From NCBI RefSeq assembly GCF_001194135.2, contig NC_068983.1, positions 32,187,944-32,251,943 of the forward strand: a DNA stretch of 64,000 nt, given 5' to 3'. Within the stretch, counting starts at the first letter, position 1, and each line of letters opens with the position of its first letter. Origin of the DNA: Octopus bimaculoides. Taxonomy: Eukaryota. The notes beneath the pieces are model-generated. The model ran no database searches, was not told the DNA's origin, and saw only the letters and a program-made list of their open reading frames with translations. A program made the position numbers and the translations under genes. Of this stretch, positions 1 to 13,254 are shown in pieces.

Positions 1-99
1 TTGGCAATCTTTCGATATGAGAACTGTGTTTATGACTTCTTAAAGTACGTAATTTATGTTTCTGAAGAAGATCGTCGCTTTCTGTAAAAATTTATATAT

Positions 100-345
100 T
101 TTTTTTACATATGTGGGGTGAGGGGAAAGGGGATCTTTTGAAGTCGGCGTGAAAGCGAAAGAGAATGAAAGCGCGATTGGATCAAGGAAGTTCTTTTGAA
201 GTTCGCGTGCTGTGTGTGCGTGTTTGATGTGGATGTGCGAGACAGAAACTGTGGTGTATATGTGAAGTTCCTTTGTTAGTGTGTGTGAAAGGACAGAGAG
301 AGTAATGTTGCTGGTGTGTGTATGTGAGAGAGAGAGAGAAATAAC
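100..345 (-). repeat. Interspersed repeat copy, inverted relative to 1372-1620
   Basis: The reverse complement matches 1372-1620 over about 240 nt, including the shared core gcacgcgaacttcaaaagaacttccttgatccaatcgcgct. Boundaries are approximate. Confidence 0.8.
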
Positions 346-733
346 TGATATTTTTATCACTTTTTGTAGTGAGTGAATGTGTGAGTGATTGACTGAAAAA
401 AAAAAGAGAGAGAAGTTATGTTTGTATGTATGTATGGATGGCTTCAGTTACGCGCGCGCGCATACACAAAACATACGTACGTACACCTATTGCATGCATG
501 TTTTTTGTACGCATACATGTTCATGTGTATTTACTTTTTTTAATGAGTGAACGTGTGTGTGATTGACAGAGTAAAACAGAGAGAGGTTGTTATGTATGCA
601 TGCATGTATGTATGTATGTATGTATGTATACATAGATGTACGTATATATATACATATACATACACAGATGTACATATATAAACGTAGATGTATGTATGTA
701 TACAAACACACATCTATATACGCATTATATACA

Positions 734-765
<32 letters not shown>

Positions 766-974
766 ATCTGCCCTAACTCTTCGAAACGCCAGTGTTATAA
801 TGGTGGCAGCTGATGAAGGAAATGTTCTCTAGTGGCCTGTGTGTTTTCTGTACCTTGTTTATCATTTTGTCCATGCTTTTTTGCAACATCCTGTACCCAG
901 ATATGCATCTATATATACATGTAGATGAAAGTATGTGCATACATGTACATATATATGCATATACTCATATATTA

Positions 975-1041
975 TATATAAAGTCTGTCATACCGGCCAT
1001 GACGAAGGGAAATAGCCCTGAAACTCGAGTTGCCTTTATAT
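975..1041 (+). ncRNA. Degenerate minimal type I hammerhead ribozyme motif (Penelope-type)
   Basis: ggc-C(A)TGACGA-aggg aaatag ccct-GAAA-c tcga g-TT-gcc. Stem I ggc/gcc is extended by tatataaag/ctttatata, stem II is 4 bp, and stem III is 2 bp with a palindromic TCGA loop. One extra A interrupts the CUGANGA core. Confidence 0.5.
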
Positions 1042-1371
1042 ACTTATATTTATATATTTGATCCTTTATATTGAACACTCAATATTTCATCTACATTCAA
1101 TACTTTCTTTCATGGTGCCATCCATTTTTATTTTATCTTATTTTATATTATATATTGTATATTCCATATTCTATACCCCACATTGGTTCTGCAGGAATAT
1201 AAATAAAACATAAAAAACAGACAGTGTTGGAACTCTTTTAAACAAAATAATATATATATATATACATATACATATATACACACATCTATATATGTATTAT
1301 ATATATATATATATTTCTATATATACATCTATATATGTGTGTGTCACTGAAGCCATTCATACATACATAGA

Positions 1372-1620
1372 GAACCACTCTCTCTTTCTCTCTCTCACAT
1401 ACACACACACCAGCAACATTACTCTTTTTGTCTCTTCACATACACACCACACTTTCTGTCTTGCACACCCCATCAAACACACACACACGGCACGCGAACT
1501 TCAAAAGAACTTCCTTGATCCAATCGCGCTCTGTCGCTGTCGCTTTTACGCCGACTTCAAAAGATCCACTTTCCTCCACCCCATCCCACATATAAAAAAA
1601 AAATTATTATTTTCTTTACT
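1372..1620 (+). repeat. Interspersed repeat copy, inverted relative to 100-345
   Basis: Same sequence as 100-345 in the opposite orientation. Confidence 0.8.
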
Positions 1621-2103
1621 CATATCATAATTTAGCCAAAATTTTTTAAAGCGCGTAATCTTAGGAAGTCGCTGAATCTGACGCAGACCGGACAATGACA
1701 TGTTTTCCTTGGAAATAGAAGGAAGTGTTCTGAACGAGTTACTTCCTTTGCAAGGTATCATGTGTTGGAATGTGCAATGGATCCGGAGACCGCAGTAATG
1801 TAAGCCCGAGTAATTTTTTCGATCACATGTATTTCCATTAATGAGCTTTAAAACTAGTAGAAACTGGATTTCTCAACTTTCAATTTCATATCTAAAACGG
1901 ATCTGAAATTTTTGGAGGGGCCCAAGATAGAATTTCATTCTTGTATTATAAATAAATAATCTTGTATTATAAACAATACTAATCATTCTTAATCAGAAAT
2001 TTATGAAGAAATACTAGTCAAAAGTGGGGAACACAAGTAAATCTTTTTCTACAAGCTAATATTCGTTCACTTTCAGTTTTAATTGCACAAACAATATGTA
2101 CAC

Positions 2104-2630
2104 CTACATTCTCGGTTCTCGGAACTGAGCTAAAAACATCGATAATATGCAATTAAAATAAAGAACTTGCATCAAAATTAGGGTGTGTAACGAAAGTAAA
2201 TAAAGCAGAATTTACATTCTGGTTGAAAAACTATTTTAAAAAAATAATAAAAGTTTACAAAGTTCAATGATTTAGAAAGAAAGTTTTGTTTACTTTTTTT
2301 ACGGATATAAAATTTTCGTTGAATGACTTGTACTTTAAAACCGAACTGGCATACTTCTTTAGGACTTGTTAGTCAAAAATTTTAGTACTGAAGTTGATAT
2401 AATTACATATAAGAATTATAAAGTTGTAAATAAAAGTTGTTAAACATATCTTACTTGTGAACTAGAAGAGTGAACATCGGATATTTCACCAGCGAGAGTA
2501 TATTCTGTGCATATTGAAACTATTTTTTTAGCTAACATTTCCATTGAAGGGTGAGCATAAAGCAAAACAGGTGGCAAAACTGTCTGGCTTCCAATTTTAC
2601 CTTTTTCTGATTCCATTTTTCTACCAGCTA
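2104..2630 (-). CDS. Candidate chain of three small coding exons of an unidentified gene
   Basis: AG/GT-bounded segments 2630-2601, 2504-2455 and 2129-2104 join in compatible phases to give GRKMESEKEYTLAGEISDVHSSSSQLSSENREC with no stop. No homology recognised. Confidence 0.3.
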
Positions 2631-3516
2631 TAATTCATAAACAAACTTGCAGGTTAGATATTTGACCGAAATGATTGAATGACGTTGGTTGCTGCTTGAA
2701 GCTATTCGCACGAACACCACGCAGCTTTACATGAGGGGAGATAACCTTAAAAACATCACTGGCATAATGACCCTCCCCGACGCAAAAATTTTAAGTTTCA
2801 TTTTCAAATGTGGATTCCTTGAAAAACATTTTCACTTATGATTTCTTTGAAAAATAACATTTTCACTTTGCTCAGGACAGTCAAAATAAAACTAGTGACA
2901 AACCACTGCAATAATTTACAAAACAGATTTCTTTCTCATCAGTGTTTAATCCTTCTCAGAACACTTAACTGTTTACAAAGGTTGCTTAGATACTGATGCT
3001 GCAAGTTGCTCAGTTATTAAAACATAAAATAACCTTGTCGCGTGACTGTAGGTTGCTAACTTGTATGGATAATAAATGAATAAATAATATTCTAATTTTA
3101 GAACAAGGCCAACAATTTTGAAGGGGTGGTTAGATGAGTCGATTAAACACTCCAGTACTTAACTGGTTCTGTATCTTATCGATCCTGAAAGAATGAAAAG
3201 CAAAGTTGACCTCAAAAGAGTTTGAACCTAGAATAAAGAGCCGGAAGGAATGTTAGTAAACATTATGTCTGACACGCTAACGATCCTTCCAGCTCGTTTT
3301 CTTAGTAAATGGATAAATAATAGCATTTGAGTAAAAGTGGGTGTTCATTAACGAAACAAGGACGGGAAACAGATTCTAATGATCATGAGATATAGTTTTC
3401 TTCACAAAATGTATGACAGTTGTTTTGTTAAGACTTCAATGATGCATATTGGGGATGTCAAATATACGGCTCACGGGCCAGACCTTGTTCAAATTTGTTT
3501 TTAAAAAAATTATATT

Positions 3517-3723
3517 CTTTTACTTGTTTCAGTCATTTGACTGCGGCCATGCTGGAGCACTGCCTTCAGCCGAGCAATTCTTTGTAAGCCTAGTACTTAT
3601 TCTATCGGTCTCTTTTACCGAACCGCTAAGTTACGGGGTCGTAAACACACCAGTATCGGTTGTCAAGCGATGTTGGGGGGACAAACACAAACACACAACC
3701 ACACACACACATTTATATATATC

Positions 3724-3755
<32 letters not shown>

Positions 3756-3868
3756 CGACGGACTTCTTCCAGTTTCCATCTACCAAATCCACTCACAAGG
3801 CTTTGGTCGGCCCGAGGCTATAGTAGAAGACACTTGCCCAAGGTGCCACCCAGTGGGACTGAACCCAG
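3517..3868 (-). mobile_element. tRNA-derived SINE (octopus-type)
   Basis: Same family as 37180-37495, 50993-51370 and 60090-60334: tail cttgtttcagtcatttgactgcggccatgctggagc and an internal TA microsatellite. Confidence 0.8.
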
Positions 3869-4025
3869 GTGCAGGTGTGGCTGTGTGGTAAGAAGCTTGC
3901 TTCCCCACATGGTTCTGGGTTCATTTCCACTGCATGGCAGCTTGGGCAAGTATTTTCTGCAGCCTTGAGCCAACCAAAGCCGTGTGAGTGGGTTTGGTAG
4001 ACGAAACTGAAAGGAGCCCGTCATA
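3869..4025 (+). mobile_element. 5' part of the same SINE family, head-to-head with the previous copy
   Basis: ggtgcaggtgtggctgtgtggtaagaagcttgc...ggtagacgaaactgaaag corresponds to the SINE head. Confidence 0.7.
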
Positions 4026-4029
4026 TATC

Positions 4030-4650
4030 ATCATCGTTTAACGTCCGTTGTCAATGCTGGCATAGGATGGACAGTTTGACCAGGGCTGGCAAACTGGAAG
4101 GCTGCACCAGACTCCAGTCTGTTTTGGCATGGTTTCTACAGCTGGATGCCCTTCCTAATACCAACCACTCCGAGAGTGTAATGAGTGCTTTTATGTACCA
4201 CTGGCATGGGTGCCATTTGCATGACTTACTTGGTTTGATGGTTCTTCTCAAGCACAACCTAATGCCAAAGGTCTTGGTCTTTGCCTCTGTGTGAAAGGAG
4301 CTCAACCACTTTGCCTCCATGAGGCTCAATGCTTGAAAGGTGCTTTTTATGTGCCACTTGCATGGGTGTCGGTTACATGACACCAGCATCGGTTACGACA
4401 GCAACTTCACTTGGCTTGACGAGTCTTTTTAAGGTCTCGGTCACTAGTCATTGCCTCCGTGAGGCCCAAAGTTCAGAGATCATGCTTCACCACCTCATCC
4501 CATGTCTTCCTGGGTCTACCTCAACCGCAGGTTCTCTCCACAGTTAGGGATCGGCACTTTACACAACTGTCCTCGTCCATACACATCACGATCATACCAG
4601 TGCATTCATCTCTCTTGCACACTACATCTGATGCTTCTTATGCCTAACTT
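4030..4650. mobile_element. RTE-associated repeat (catcatcgtttaacg...ggatgcccttcc) followed by a minus-strand RTE LINE 3' fragment
   Basis: The first part recurs at about 6550, 11280, 14700, 27680, 42540 and 54620-54960. 4430-4650 is the reverse complement of the RTE 3' end seen at 38690-38890. Confidence 0.65.
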
Positions 4651-7600
4651 TTCATACACAACTGAATTCAAGGTCAATCTGTGCCAAGAAGCTCCAGTGT
4701 GTACTTTAGCTTTGTTACTATGACAATAGTCCGGATACTTATTGACCAGACCACGTAGTTAAATAGTTCTCTTCATTGCTCGTACACCACTCTCAATACT
4801 TCCCACCACCCTCCAGTTTGTAAATGTATTTTCAGAAATTGTGAACAATTCTCATAGCAAATTTTCTTTGATCTCTTCTATCATCTGAAACTGGCAACCT
4901 TCCAGAGTGGTCTAACTTTAGGAACAAAAAAATATCTGCAAGCCAATTCTAGAGATGAGGCCAGCTTGGGGATGAGTAATCTTATCCTTTACCAGTTACA
5001 GACAAGAAGAGGCAAAGGTTGTGATGCTGCATCCAGGTTGTGTTTGTCTCGGACTTTTTCCTTCATCTTACCTCTAGAGATTCAAGTAGTTCTTTACAGA
5101 TCATCTGACCATGAGGAACAAACTTATAATGAATGATGCCATACTAATAAGAAAAAAAAAAGGCAATCAACATCAGCTTCCTATCTGAGTGACAATGACT
5201 TCTTTTTTGCTTTGAGATTGAAGCCATATACACATATATTCATGTCACCTGTTGATTTTAGAAAGCTGTCATCGGCATTCGAATGATGAAATAGCTCCTG
5301 ATTGACTATAATTCAATTCTCTTTTTGTTTATCTGTCAGCAGATGCAGCACAAATTTTGTAGCAGTATGAAACATCTTCAATTTTTTTTTTAACCCTTTA
5401 GCATCTACACCAGCTACATCTGGCCTAAATATTCTACCTCTTACACTTACCCTACAATGTCATTCCAAAAATAAACAATCAAATTATCAAAATCTTGAAG
5501 CCACAAGATAATACATGATAAATTCAAAACAATGAATAAACAAGCATTACAGTTGAGGGTGTAATCTGAATGCTAAAGGGTTAAACTCATATAAAAAAAC
5601 AATTTTACAGTTTCTATGCAGTTTTAGTGAAACCCTCTAAATACAGGAAGTAAATGTAAAGTAAATATAAATTCCACTCAATACCTGAAGGTTTTTTTTT
5701 TTAAAAAAAGACTTACTTAGCAACATTTTCATGGTATTAAACAGATGGTATTTGCATCCTGTCCCTTGCAGGGTAAAATGCAAACAATCTTCTTAGATAA
5801 TGTAGTACCAATTCTTTCCAGCAAAGTGGAACTAATACAATATAGGAAAAAATGTATTGCCCAGAAGCATGAAATAATAATGGATCTCAACTCATGGTCT
5901 ATGAGTAGATAATCTAATATGTTATCCCACTTGAATCATCCTGCCTCTACAAGCTACAGGATACCATGATTACAAAGTTACTATAAGGATAATGTCCTAC
6001 ACTATTGGTTTAAGTTCACTTTCTGTTTAGTTCATGTCAGTGATATTGAAACAACAAAAAAAAGAACTAGTAATGTATGGGAAGTTTTTATACTGACTAT
6101 AATAGCATTCACCTATCCAAAAAATGGGGAAAAAATCATTTAATTTAACTTTCACCATTTATTGTTTAATGTTCAAATAACATCAAAATGAAATAACAAG
6201 TAAAACCTACGACACCATAATGAGAACAAATAAAATATCGTATTTACTCATAAAAAAAGCAGGAAATTTAATTAAAAACATCAAGGTCAAAACTGGGTGG
6301 CAGTAGCATTACAGTCAAATGGTAAAAAAAAATGCTGAGAGAATAAAATATATCACTGACTTTTTTAGTATAAAGAGGGGCCTGCATCATATTTGAGATT
6401 GCATTGTACATGAATATATATGGCACTCCTTGTGGACAGATTAACACACTGACATACATACATCAACTGGTTTTACCAACTCTGACACATGCTCTGATGT
6501 AGCGATAATTTTTCTGAAAAATGATATTGGGATGTCATTTTATATTCTCATCATCATCATCATCGTTTAACATTCTCCTTCCATGCTGGTATGGGTTGGA
6601 TGGTATGACAGCTGGCCAGGCAGGAGCCTGCACCATGCTTCTGTATCAGTTTTGGCATGGTTTTTACGACTGGATGCCCTTCCTAACACCAACATGTCCA
6701 TAGAGTGGGCTGAGTGCTTTTTACGTGGCACTCACACAGGCGGGGTCAGTTTTGACATGATTTTTACAGTTGGATGCCCTTCCAAATGCCAACCACTTTA
6801 CAGTGTGGACTGAGTGCTTTTTAAGTGGCACCTGCACTGGCAGGGTCACCAAGTAACTTTGTGAGACAAGGAATCTTTGAGAGGGCAGGGGCATTGGAGG
6901 TGATCTTGTGTCTTATGATGAAAGGTTATAGCAAGACAGAGACAAAAACAGGTGTCTTGTAGGAGTTACCCAGCCAGAGAGAGGGAGAGAGAAAAAGAGT
7001 TAAGAAAAGGGCAGAAACAGTTGTGTTGCTGAAGCGGAGGGACATGGTTACTTAGAGAGAGAGGGGAAATTAACAAGGAGATACATGGTTATCTATTCAG
7101 GGGTAAGAGTAAGGAGAGAGTGATCAAAAATGAGGGTAGAAATAGGTTTGTTGCTGTAGAGATGCATGATTACTCAGCCAGAGGGAAGAGGAAGGGAAAG
7201 AGAGAGAGCGAGTAGGAGAGGGATAGTGGTAAGTGCCAAGATATACTCACAAGGAGTGGGGATCAGGGCATAGACAGGATGGTAGAGTAAGGAAGAGAGA
7301 GATGAATAGTAGTAGGGTATTGCCAAGAAGTTGCGAATAGGGAGTGGTGGTAGGGAATGCTGTGACTGGTAATAATCTGGGTATATAGAGGGGGAGGGGA
7401 TGGGGGAAGCAACATAGTGCGGACTGGATTGAGGAGTGAGAGATAATAATATTGTATGAAGAAGAAATGTGAGAAAGCGAAGAGAAACAGTTTGGGAAAG
7501 GATGGGGGGTGCTGTAGTTTGGTTTGCTGGGGTAGTGTATGTAAAAATTTTTAGCTACGTGTGGGTGGAACATGTTTCTAGAACTCAGGCTTGCTGATGT

Positions 7601-7689
7601 GGGTGGATCTTCTCTAGAACCTCATATTGCCAAACATCTGTCTATAGTCATCTCATCCACGAGCCCCAACATCCTGAGATCAGTCCTCA

Positions 7690-8200
7690 TCCCATATCTT
7701 CCTGGACCTTCCTCTTCCACAGGTGCCATCCACTATCAGTGACCAGCATTTCTTTATATAGTTGGCTTCATTCATACGCATCATGTCCAAACCAACGTAG
7801 TCTCCTCTCTTGTATACAGCATTTAATTCCTCTTATGCTTGACTTTTCTCTGAACACATTTGCACTTTGTCGTTCATGCACATTGTTGATGTTACGCATC
7901 CAGCAGAGCATACTGCCTTAATTCCTCTCTAGTCTACACATGCCCCCTACATTCAGAGGCCAGGTCTCACTACCATGGAGTATAGCCGTTCATATACAAG
8001 CATCATACAATCTACCTTTCACTCTGAAAGACGGTCCTTTTGTGTTGCCAACAGAGGTAATAGCTCTCTGAACTTTCTCCATCCTATTTGTATTCTAGAG
8101 ACAATACTTTCAGAGCATCCATCCCCATTGCTGATTTGGTCATTTACGTAACAGAAACTATCTACTACCTCAAGAGAGGCTCTTGGACATTTGAGAGTCT
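7690..8200 (-). mobile_element. RTE-clade LINE 3' fragment
   Basis: Reverse complement is similar to 13940-14570 and 38090-38890; multiple stops. Confidence 0.65.
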
Positions 8201-8716
8201 AAGTCCCGTGTGCTCTTAGTGCTTATTGTTCCTATCTGCCACACTCAAAGGTCTCAGTAGAAACTTATATTTATTATCTCTATTTCACTACTCATTTCTT
8301 CCTCTTTGTTGAAACTCAAGATTTGTATCAATGTAAATAAAAGTTAAAAAAACAAAAATGTTAATAAATTAACATACACCTAAAAACTTATGGATTTGTA
8401 TCTCATTTAAAGTTCGACGCCATTAATGATTATTTCCAGTAACACAGAAATACATATTTTAAACACACAAAATATTTTATGAATTAATTGCAAAGCCTCT
8501 ATACAGTCATTCAACATGCTTGAAACAGCAGCTAAATTTCCTTCCACTCATACCCTATAGATCTGCTTGATTAGAGATGGCCTAAATTTAATAAAAATAA
8601 TAACCATATTCTTACTTACATAAGCACCTTTATGAACTGAAAGAAAAACATTGAAATGAAATACTGATGTTCCAAAAGACAAAATCTGCACCCCAATTTT
8701 TTTTCTTTTTTTTTTC

Positions 8717-8752
<36 letters not shown>

Positions 8753-11059
8753 GAGCCTGGTTTGGCTCCAAGTCTTACTAGCTTCTGTCAAACTATCCAA
8801 CCCATGCCAACATGGAAAACAGATATTAAATGATGATCTCCCTCAAATCTCATTTAACAGGGAAATAAAAATTTACAAAGAAATGACAAAACACAGCACA
8901 AAACATTACCTTTCCCCTACCTGTTTTTGTTTATGTGCCACAAAATCTTTTAAATTTTATTATTTATGATGATGATGATGATAATATAGAGTTTTCATTA
9001 GTTTTGTTCCAACACCATTTGAGGAACAAGTACCAACACTCTCAAAGAACCACATGTAATAATCAATGGCGAAATGTTAAGTGTATGTATAGTAGATCAT
9101 TTTTAACACAGATCTGGCAATGGACAAATATTATCTTGGTGACACGAAGGGTATCCAGCTGCTCCATATAAACTTTTTAACCCATCCAAGCATGGAAAAG
9201 TGGATATTAAAACAAAGTTGAAGTTAATAGGCACAAATCCACAAAAGTTGGTAGAAGGGTGTAGTGATTTAATTAAACCTATACTTAATTGGTATTTATT
9301 TTATCAGCTTCAAGAAGCATAAAATGTGAAGTCAGCCTCAAGGGGATTTGAACTCCACTCTTTTATTATAATATTAAAATATTTACACAATTTACCATAC
9401 ATTGCACATACATTATGTTAAGTAGTTTCAAAACAATAACAAAACACTGCACATATTCACTGTACTCAAGGCTTGAATGATTTTGCAGTGAAAACAATAA
9501 CAAAACTACTGAATAGCTGTCAAATAATTTCAGTTATTGGTCTTACAAAACATGATACAACATGATAGGTATTGCACTTGAAGCTAAAACAGTTCATATC
9601 TTCAGTTTTAATAGAATGTTATATAGAATATGAAGGTGTCACATGACCTAAAATTTGCAAGTTTGATTCCTGGATTGAGAGGTGCGCTGCGTCAATGAGT
9701 AAAGCATTTCATTTCATGTTTGCTTCAGTTAATTCAGTTGAAAATCAGAACCAGCTAAGTGCTAGTACAGCACTTTCTTCCTCCAGCAGTGATATCCTTG
9801 ATGTTTTCCTGTGTTAACATGTTAAGGATAAAAGTGTGCCTATGTCTGCTTCCAACTACACAAACATCTAAAACAATGAGCAAAACCATGGTACCTGGTT
9901 GTACTTACTTGTGTGTGTGACAGTTATGTTTTTTCTCAACTAGAAATCAAAACTATAAAAAGCAAGATTAAAATGATTTCACTTAAATAATAGCAATATT
10001 ACAGCAGATGTAACAAAGTTTACATTTTTTTGTGTGTATGGCTGTGTGTGTGTGAGAGAGAGAGAGAGAGTGTGTGTACATGTGCGAATGTTAAATATGT
10101 ACATGTAAGCATTAAACCCATATCTTAATTTCAAGCTGTCTTTTAAGAGTAGTTACCTATATATATATTAATCTTAACATTTTCTGGTAAGCACTCATGC
10201 ACTGTATATGCATATGTTATATATGTATATATGTGCCTTAATGTTTATCTAAAATACTGGCATCTCTGAAAAAAGTTTATTTACATCTGAACTCCAGAAA
10301 AATATTTCTTAAATGGATTTCTGATGTTGCTTTAAAAAATGCAATGTTTATGCATTAGTTAAAGCAATAAATTGGGTATTTTTTAAAGCCAGAAGCCAAG
10401 AAATAAACAGTATTATTATGTGGATGCTTCGAGGAAATTTGTTACCTTATTCAAAACCAGAGCAAGTGTACTTAGATATGAATGAACATAAAAACAAGGA
10501 GCTGAGTTTAAATAGTTATGTAAAATCAAAACACACACACACATAATATATATACTATGTAGAGAGGGTTAAAATCAAAGCTGTTTCTTCTTGAAGCACA
10601 ACTGCTATTTCAGTATTACAAATCCATATATAAATGTTATATTTGTGTGAGGTATGCATAAGAATTGAAAATACTGGAAAATATTTTCTGCAAAGTAATA
10701 AAATCAAAATGGGAGATTGCAAATAATACAAAAAATTTTCCAATTTCTTGCTTTGATATATATCATGTGATCACATGACTGACCAGATTATCAGATGTTG
10801 TTACACATTACTGATTACAACATGCTCTGCATTGTTTTAGACTTCGAATGATGTTTTAGACCCAGCTAGCTAGGTGAGCAAGCCAACATTACCCCCTGAT
10901 TGAAAGGGGGATGGAAGTAACATGAAATGAAGTGGTTTGCTCAAGAACACAACACACTACCTGGTTTGGAAATCGAACTTATGATCTAGCAATCAGGAGT
11001 GAACTGCCTAATCACTAGGCTATGCACCTTCACTATCTATCTATCTATCTATCTATCTA

Positions 11060-11125
<66 letters not shown>

Positions 11126-12643
11126 ACTGGAGGAAAATAGTGTAATTAAAACTGAGACCAACATTAATGAAGAATGTAAAAATCTGAGTTTGCTTTCTTG
11201 AATTTCCGAAACAAAAGAGTGAGTGCTTCAAGACAAATAAATCATGCAACCTATACATGACATAATACAGTCATCATCAACCTCATTCAACATCTACTTT
11301 TCCTGGTGACATGGGTTGGATAATTTGACAGAAACTTGTGACCCAGAGGACTCTGCCAAGCCCTATTGTCTGCTTTGGATGGTTTATGCATCTGGATACC
11401 CTTCCTAATGCTAACCACTCTACAGAGTGTACTGGGTGCTTTTTATGTGCCACCAGCACCAACAAGGTCACCAAGTAACTTGCAAGACAAAACCCCTCAA
11501 CTGAGGAAAGAGCTATTTACACCTAGTGATGAAAGGTCAAGGAATAAAAACGTGATAGAAACAGGTGTTTTGCAACAGAGGAAATACATGGCTATCTCAA
11601 CTGGAAAAGGAGAGAGAGGGAGAAAAGATGGTGAAGAAGACGTGTTGGGACAGATCCTCAAGTTGTTACAGAGAGGAGTAGATGATGTTAAGACTAAATG
11701 TATTCAAAATATAGTTCAAATATGAAAAATTGCCTCTTGTATAAAATCCAACGCAGTATAAATTGTAGGAAATTATATTTTCACAAGATGATATGTTATA
11801 TATATTGTCAATAAAAGGAAGCAAGAATATAATGTAAAATTTGGAATTTTATTTTTGCACTATCAGAAATTCCAGTCTTCAAAACATGGAAATCCAAAGA
11901 CCATTTTTTTTAAAATATCAAAAATATACAAGGACTGAATGATTGTGAAGCGTTTACTTATTTGTTTGGCTAATTAAAAAAAAACCCATTTAGATCTTTA
12001 CGTTTACCATTAATGCTGGTCCTGAAGTTAATTATGAGGAAATCCTTCACCAACTGGATTCACAACATATTTTTTATGTATTTAGCTGTTAACAAATCAG
12101 TTTTAGAGAGAAATATTCTCAGCAATTTATTTTCAATTGAAAATAGACATGGTATGTATTGTCACTCTGTCCACAATCAAATTTTATCAAAATTTAATCA
12201 GTCATTGTGAAACTTTGTCAAAATTAAATAATCATTATATCATCACATGGTAGACATTATCAAGACGTTATCACCCAAATTAAAGACCTGGTCATGATAT
12301 CTCATCCACTGAAAGTTTGAGTCAATGCTATATCATTAGTAGCAAGACTTTTCCAAGATTAAATCCCCACTATATCAACTATTGATAGACTTGTTCAAGG
12401 TCGTATCAACAGTATTCACACATCTGTTCATTATGTTGACTGTTGGTATATGAACACATTGTCATATAATCTATGGATAGACCAGAAATTTTTTTTAAAT
12501 ATTAGATTAACCAAATTATATAATTCCTTCAATGAATGCATGATTAGCACCTAATTAGACTCACATAAAAATACATTTTAAAATAATTATAGTAATTGAA
12601 AAGAAAGAGTTCTTTTACAAAAAAATATGTTGAATAAGAAATA

Positions 12644-13123
12644 TTACGTGTCAAAAATCACTTGGTTATTTGATACATTACTATTGCAGTCACCATTAAT
12701 GCTTGGTTTTCTGAAAATAGTAGCTGTACAATGTTGTTTCCATTTTAAATACAGGATGTTTGGCCAGAGCAAGGCCAAGCTTAGTCTTGGATCAGGTTTG
12801 GTACATGCCAATAGTAAGAAGAAGACTTGAAAATATGGTATCATAAATAAAATAATCCAGATCAACAAAGGAATATCGCTCAAGTGGGAAAACATGCGGT
12901 GCAGCACTGAAGTTTCAGAAGAATTGGTCTCCATGATTGTATTCTTTGCAATTCCAACTTTACGGCCCAGTTTCGGATCCAAGTGGAATTTTGAAGAATG
13001 ATCAAAGGCATATTTAGTATATTTCTCATTAATCTCAAACACATAATAGGTCAAAGCACAGGTAATGCTGAGGTAGACAACAATAGTGACCCATGCAATT
13101 CGTTGGCGGAATTTCATTGTCAT
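12644..13123 (-). CDS. LYSET: Lysosomal enzyme trafficking factor LYSET (TMEM251/GCAF) homolog, single coding exon
   Basis: MKFRQRIAW...LTYYVFEINEKY...IPYFQVFFLLLACTKPDPR...QVIFDT parallels vertebrate TMEM251 (MNFRQRMGW...FYYVFEISETY...VPYLQMFLFLYSCTRADPK...LQLIDT), with two hydrophobic segments. The acceptor ttatcttattttcag ends at 13157, so the ATG is at 13123 or 13117 rather than 13147. Confidence 0.9.
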   Translation of the reverse strand: MTMKFRQRIAWVTIVVYLSITCALTYYVFEINEKYTKYAFDHSSKFHLDPKLGRKVGIAKNTIMETNSSETSVLHRMFSHLSDIPLLIWIILFMIPYFQVFFLLLACTKPDPRLSLALLWPNILYLKWKQHCTATIFRKPSINGDCNSNVSNNQVIFDT

Positions 13124-13254
13124 GTGACACAAACATAATTTCAGCAATCTTTTTCACTGAAAATAAGATAAGGGAAAAAAAAACATCAAAGCTTTAAATT
13201 TCTTCAATGAAATTAATTGTAAATATGATATCATGAATAAAATATTTCAAAACA

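Noticed and set aside
810-835. CTGATGA hammerhead-like core (also 15826 and 23534)
   Set aside because: No GAAA after a stem II, so the core is incomplete.
487-1630. ORFs rich in Y/I/H/T/C (also at 3449-3891, 25528-25831, 60250-60792)
   Set aside because: They are translations of (TA)n/(CA)n microsatellites, SINEs or N gaps.
11366-11725. 119-aa ORF
   Set aside because: It lies over the RTE-associated repeat family and has no protein features.
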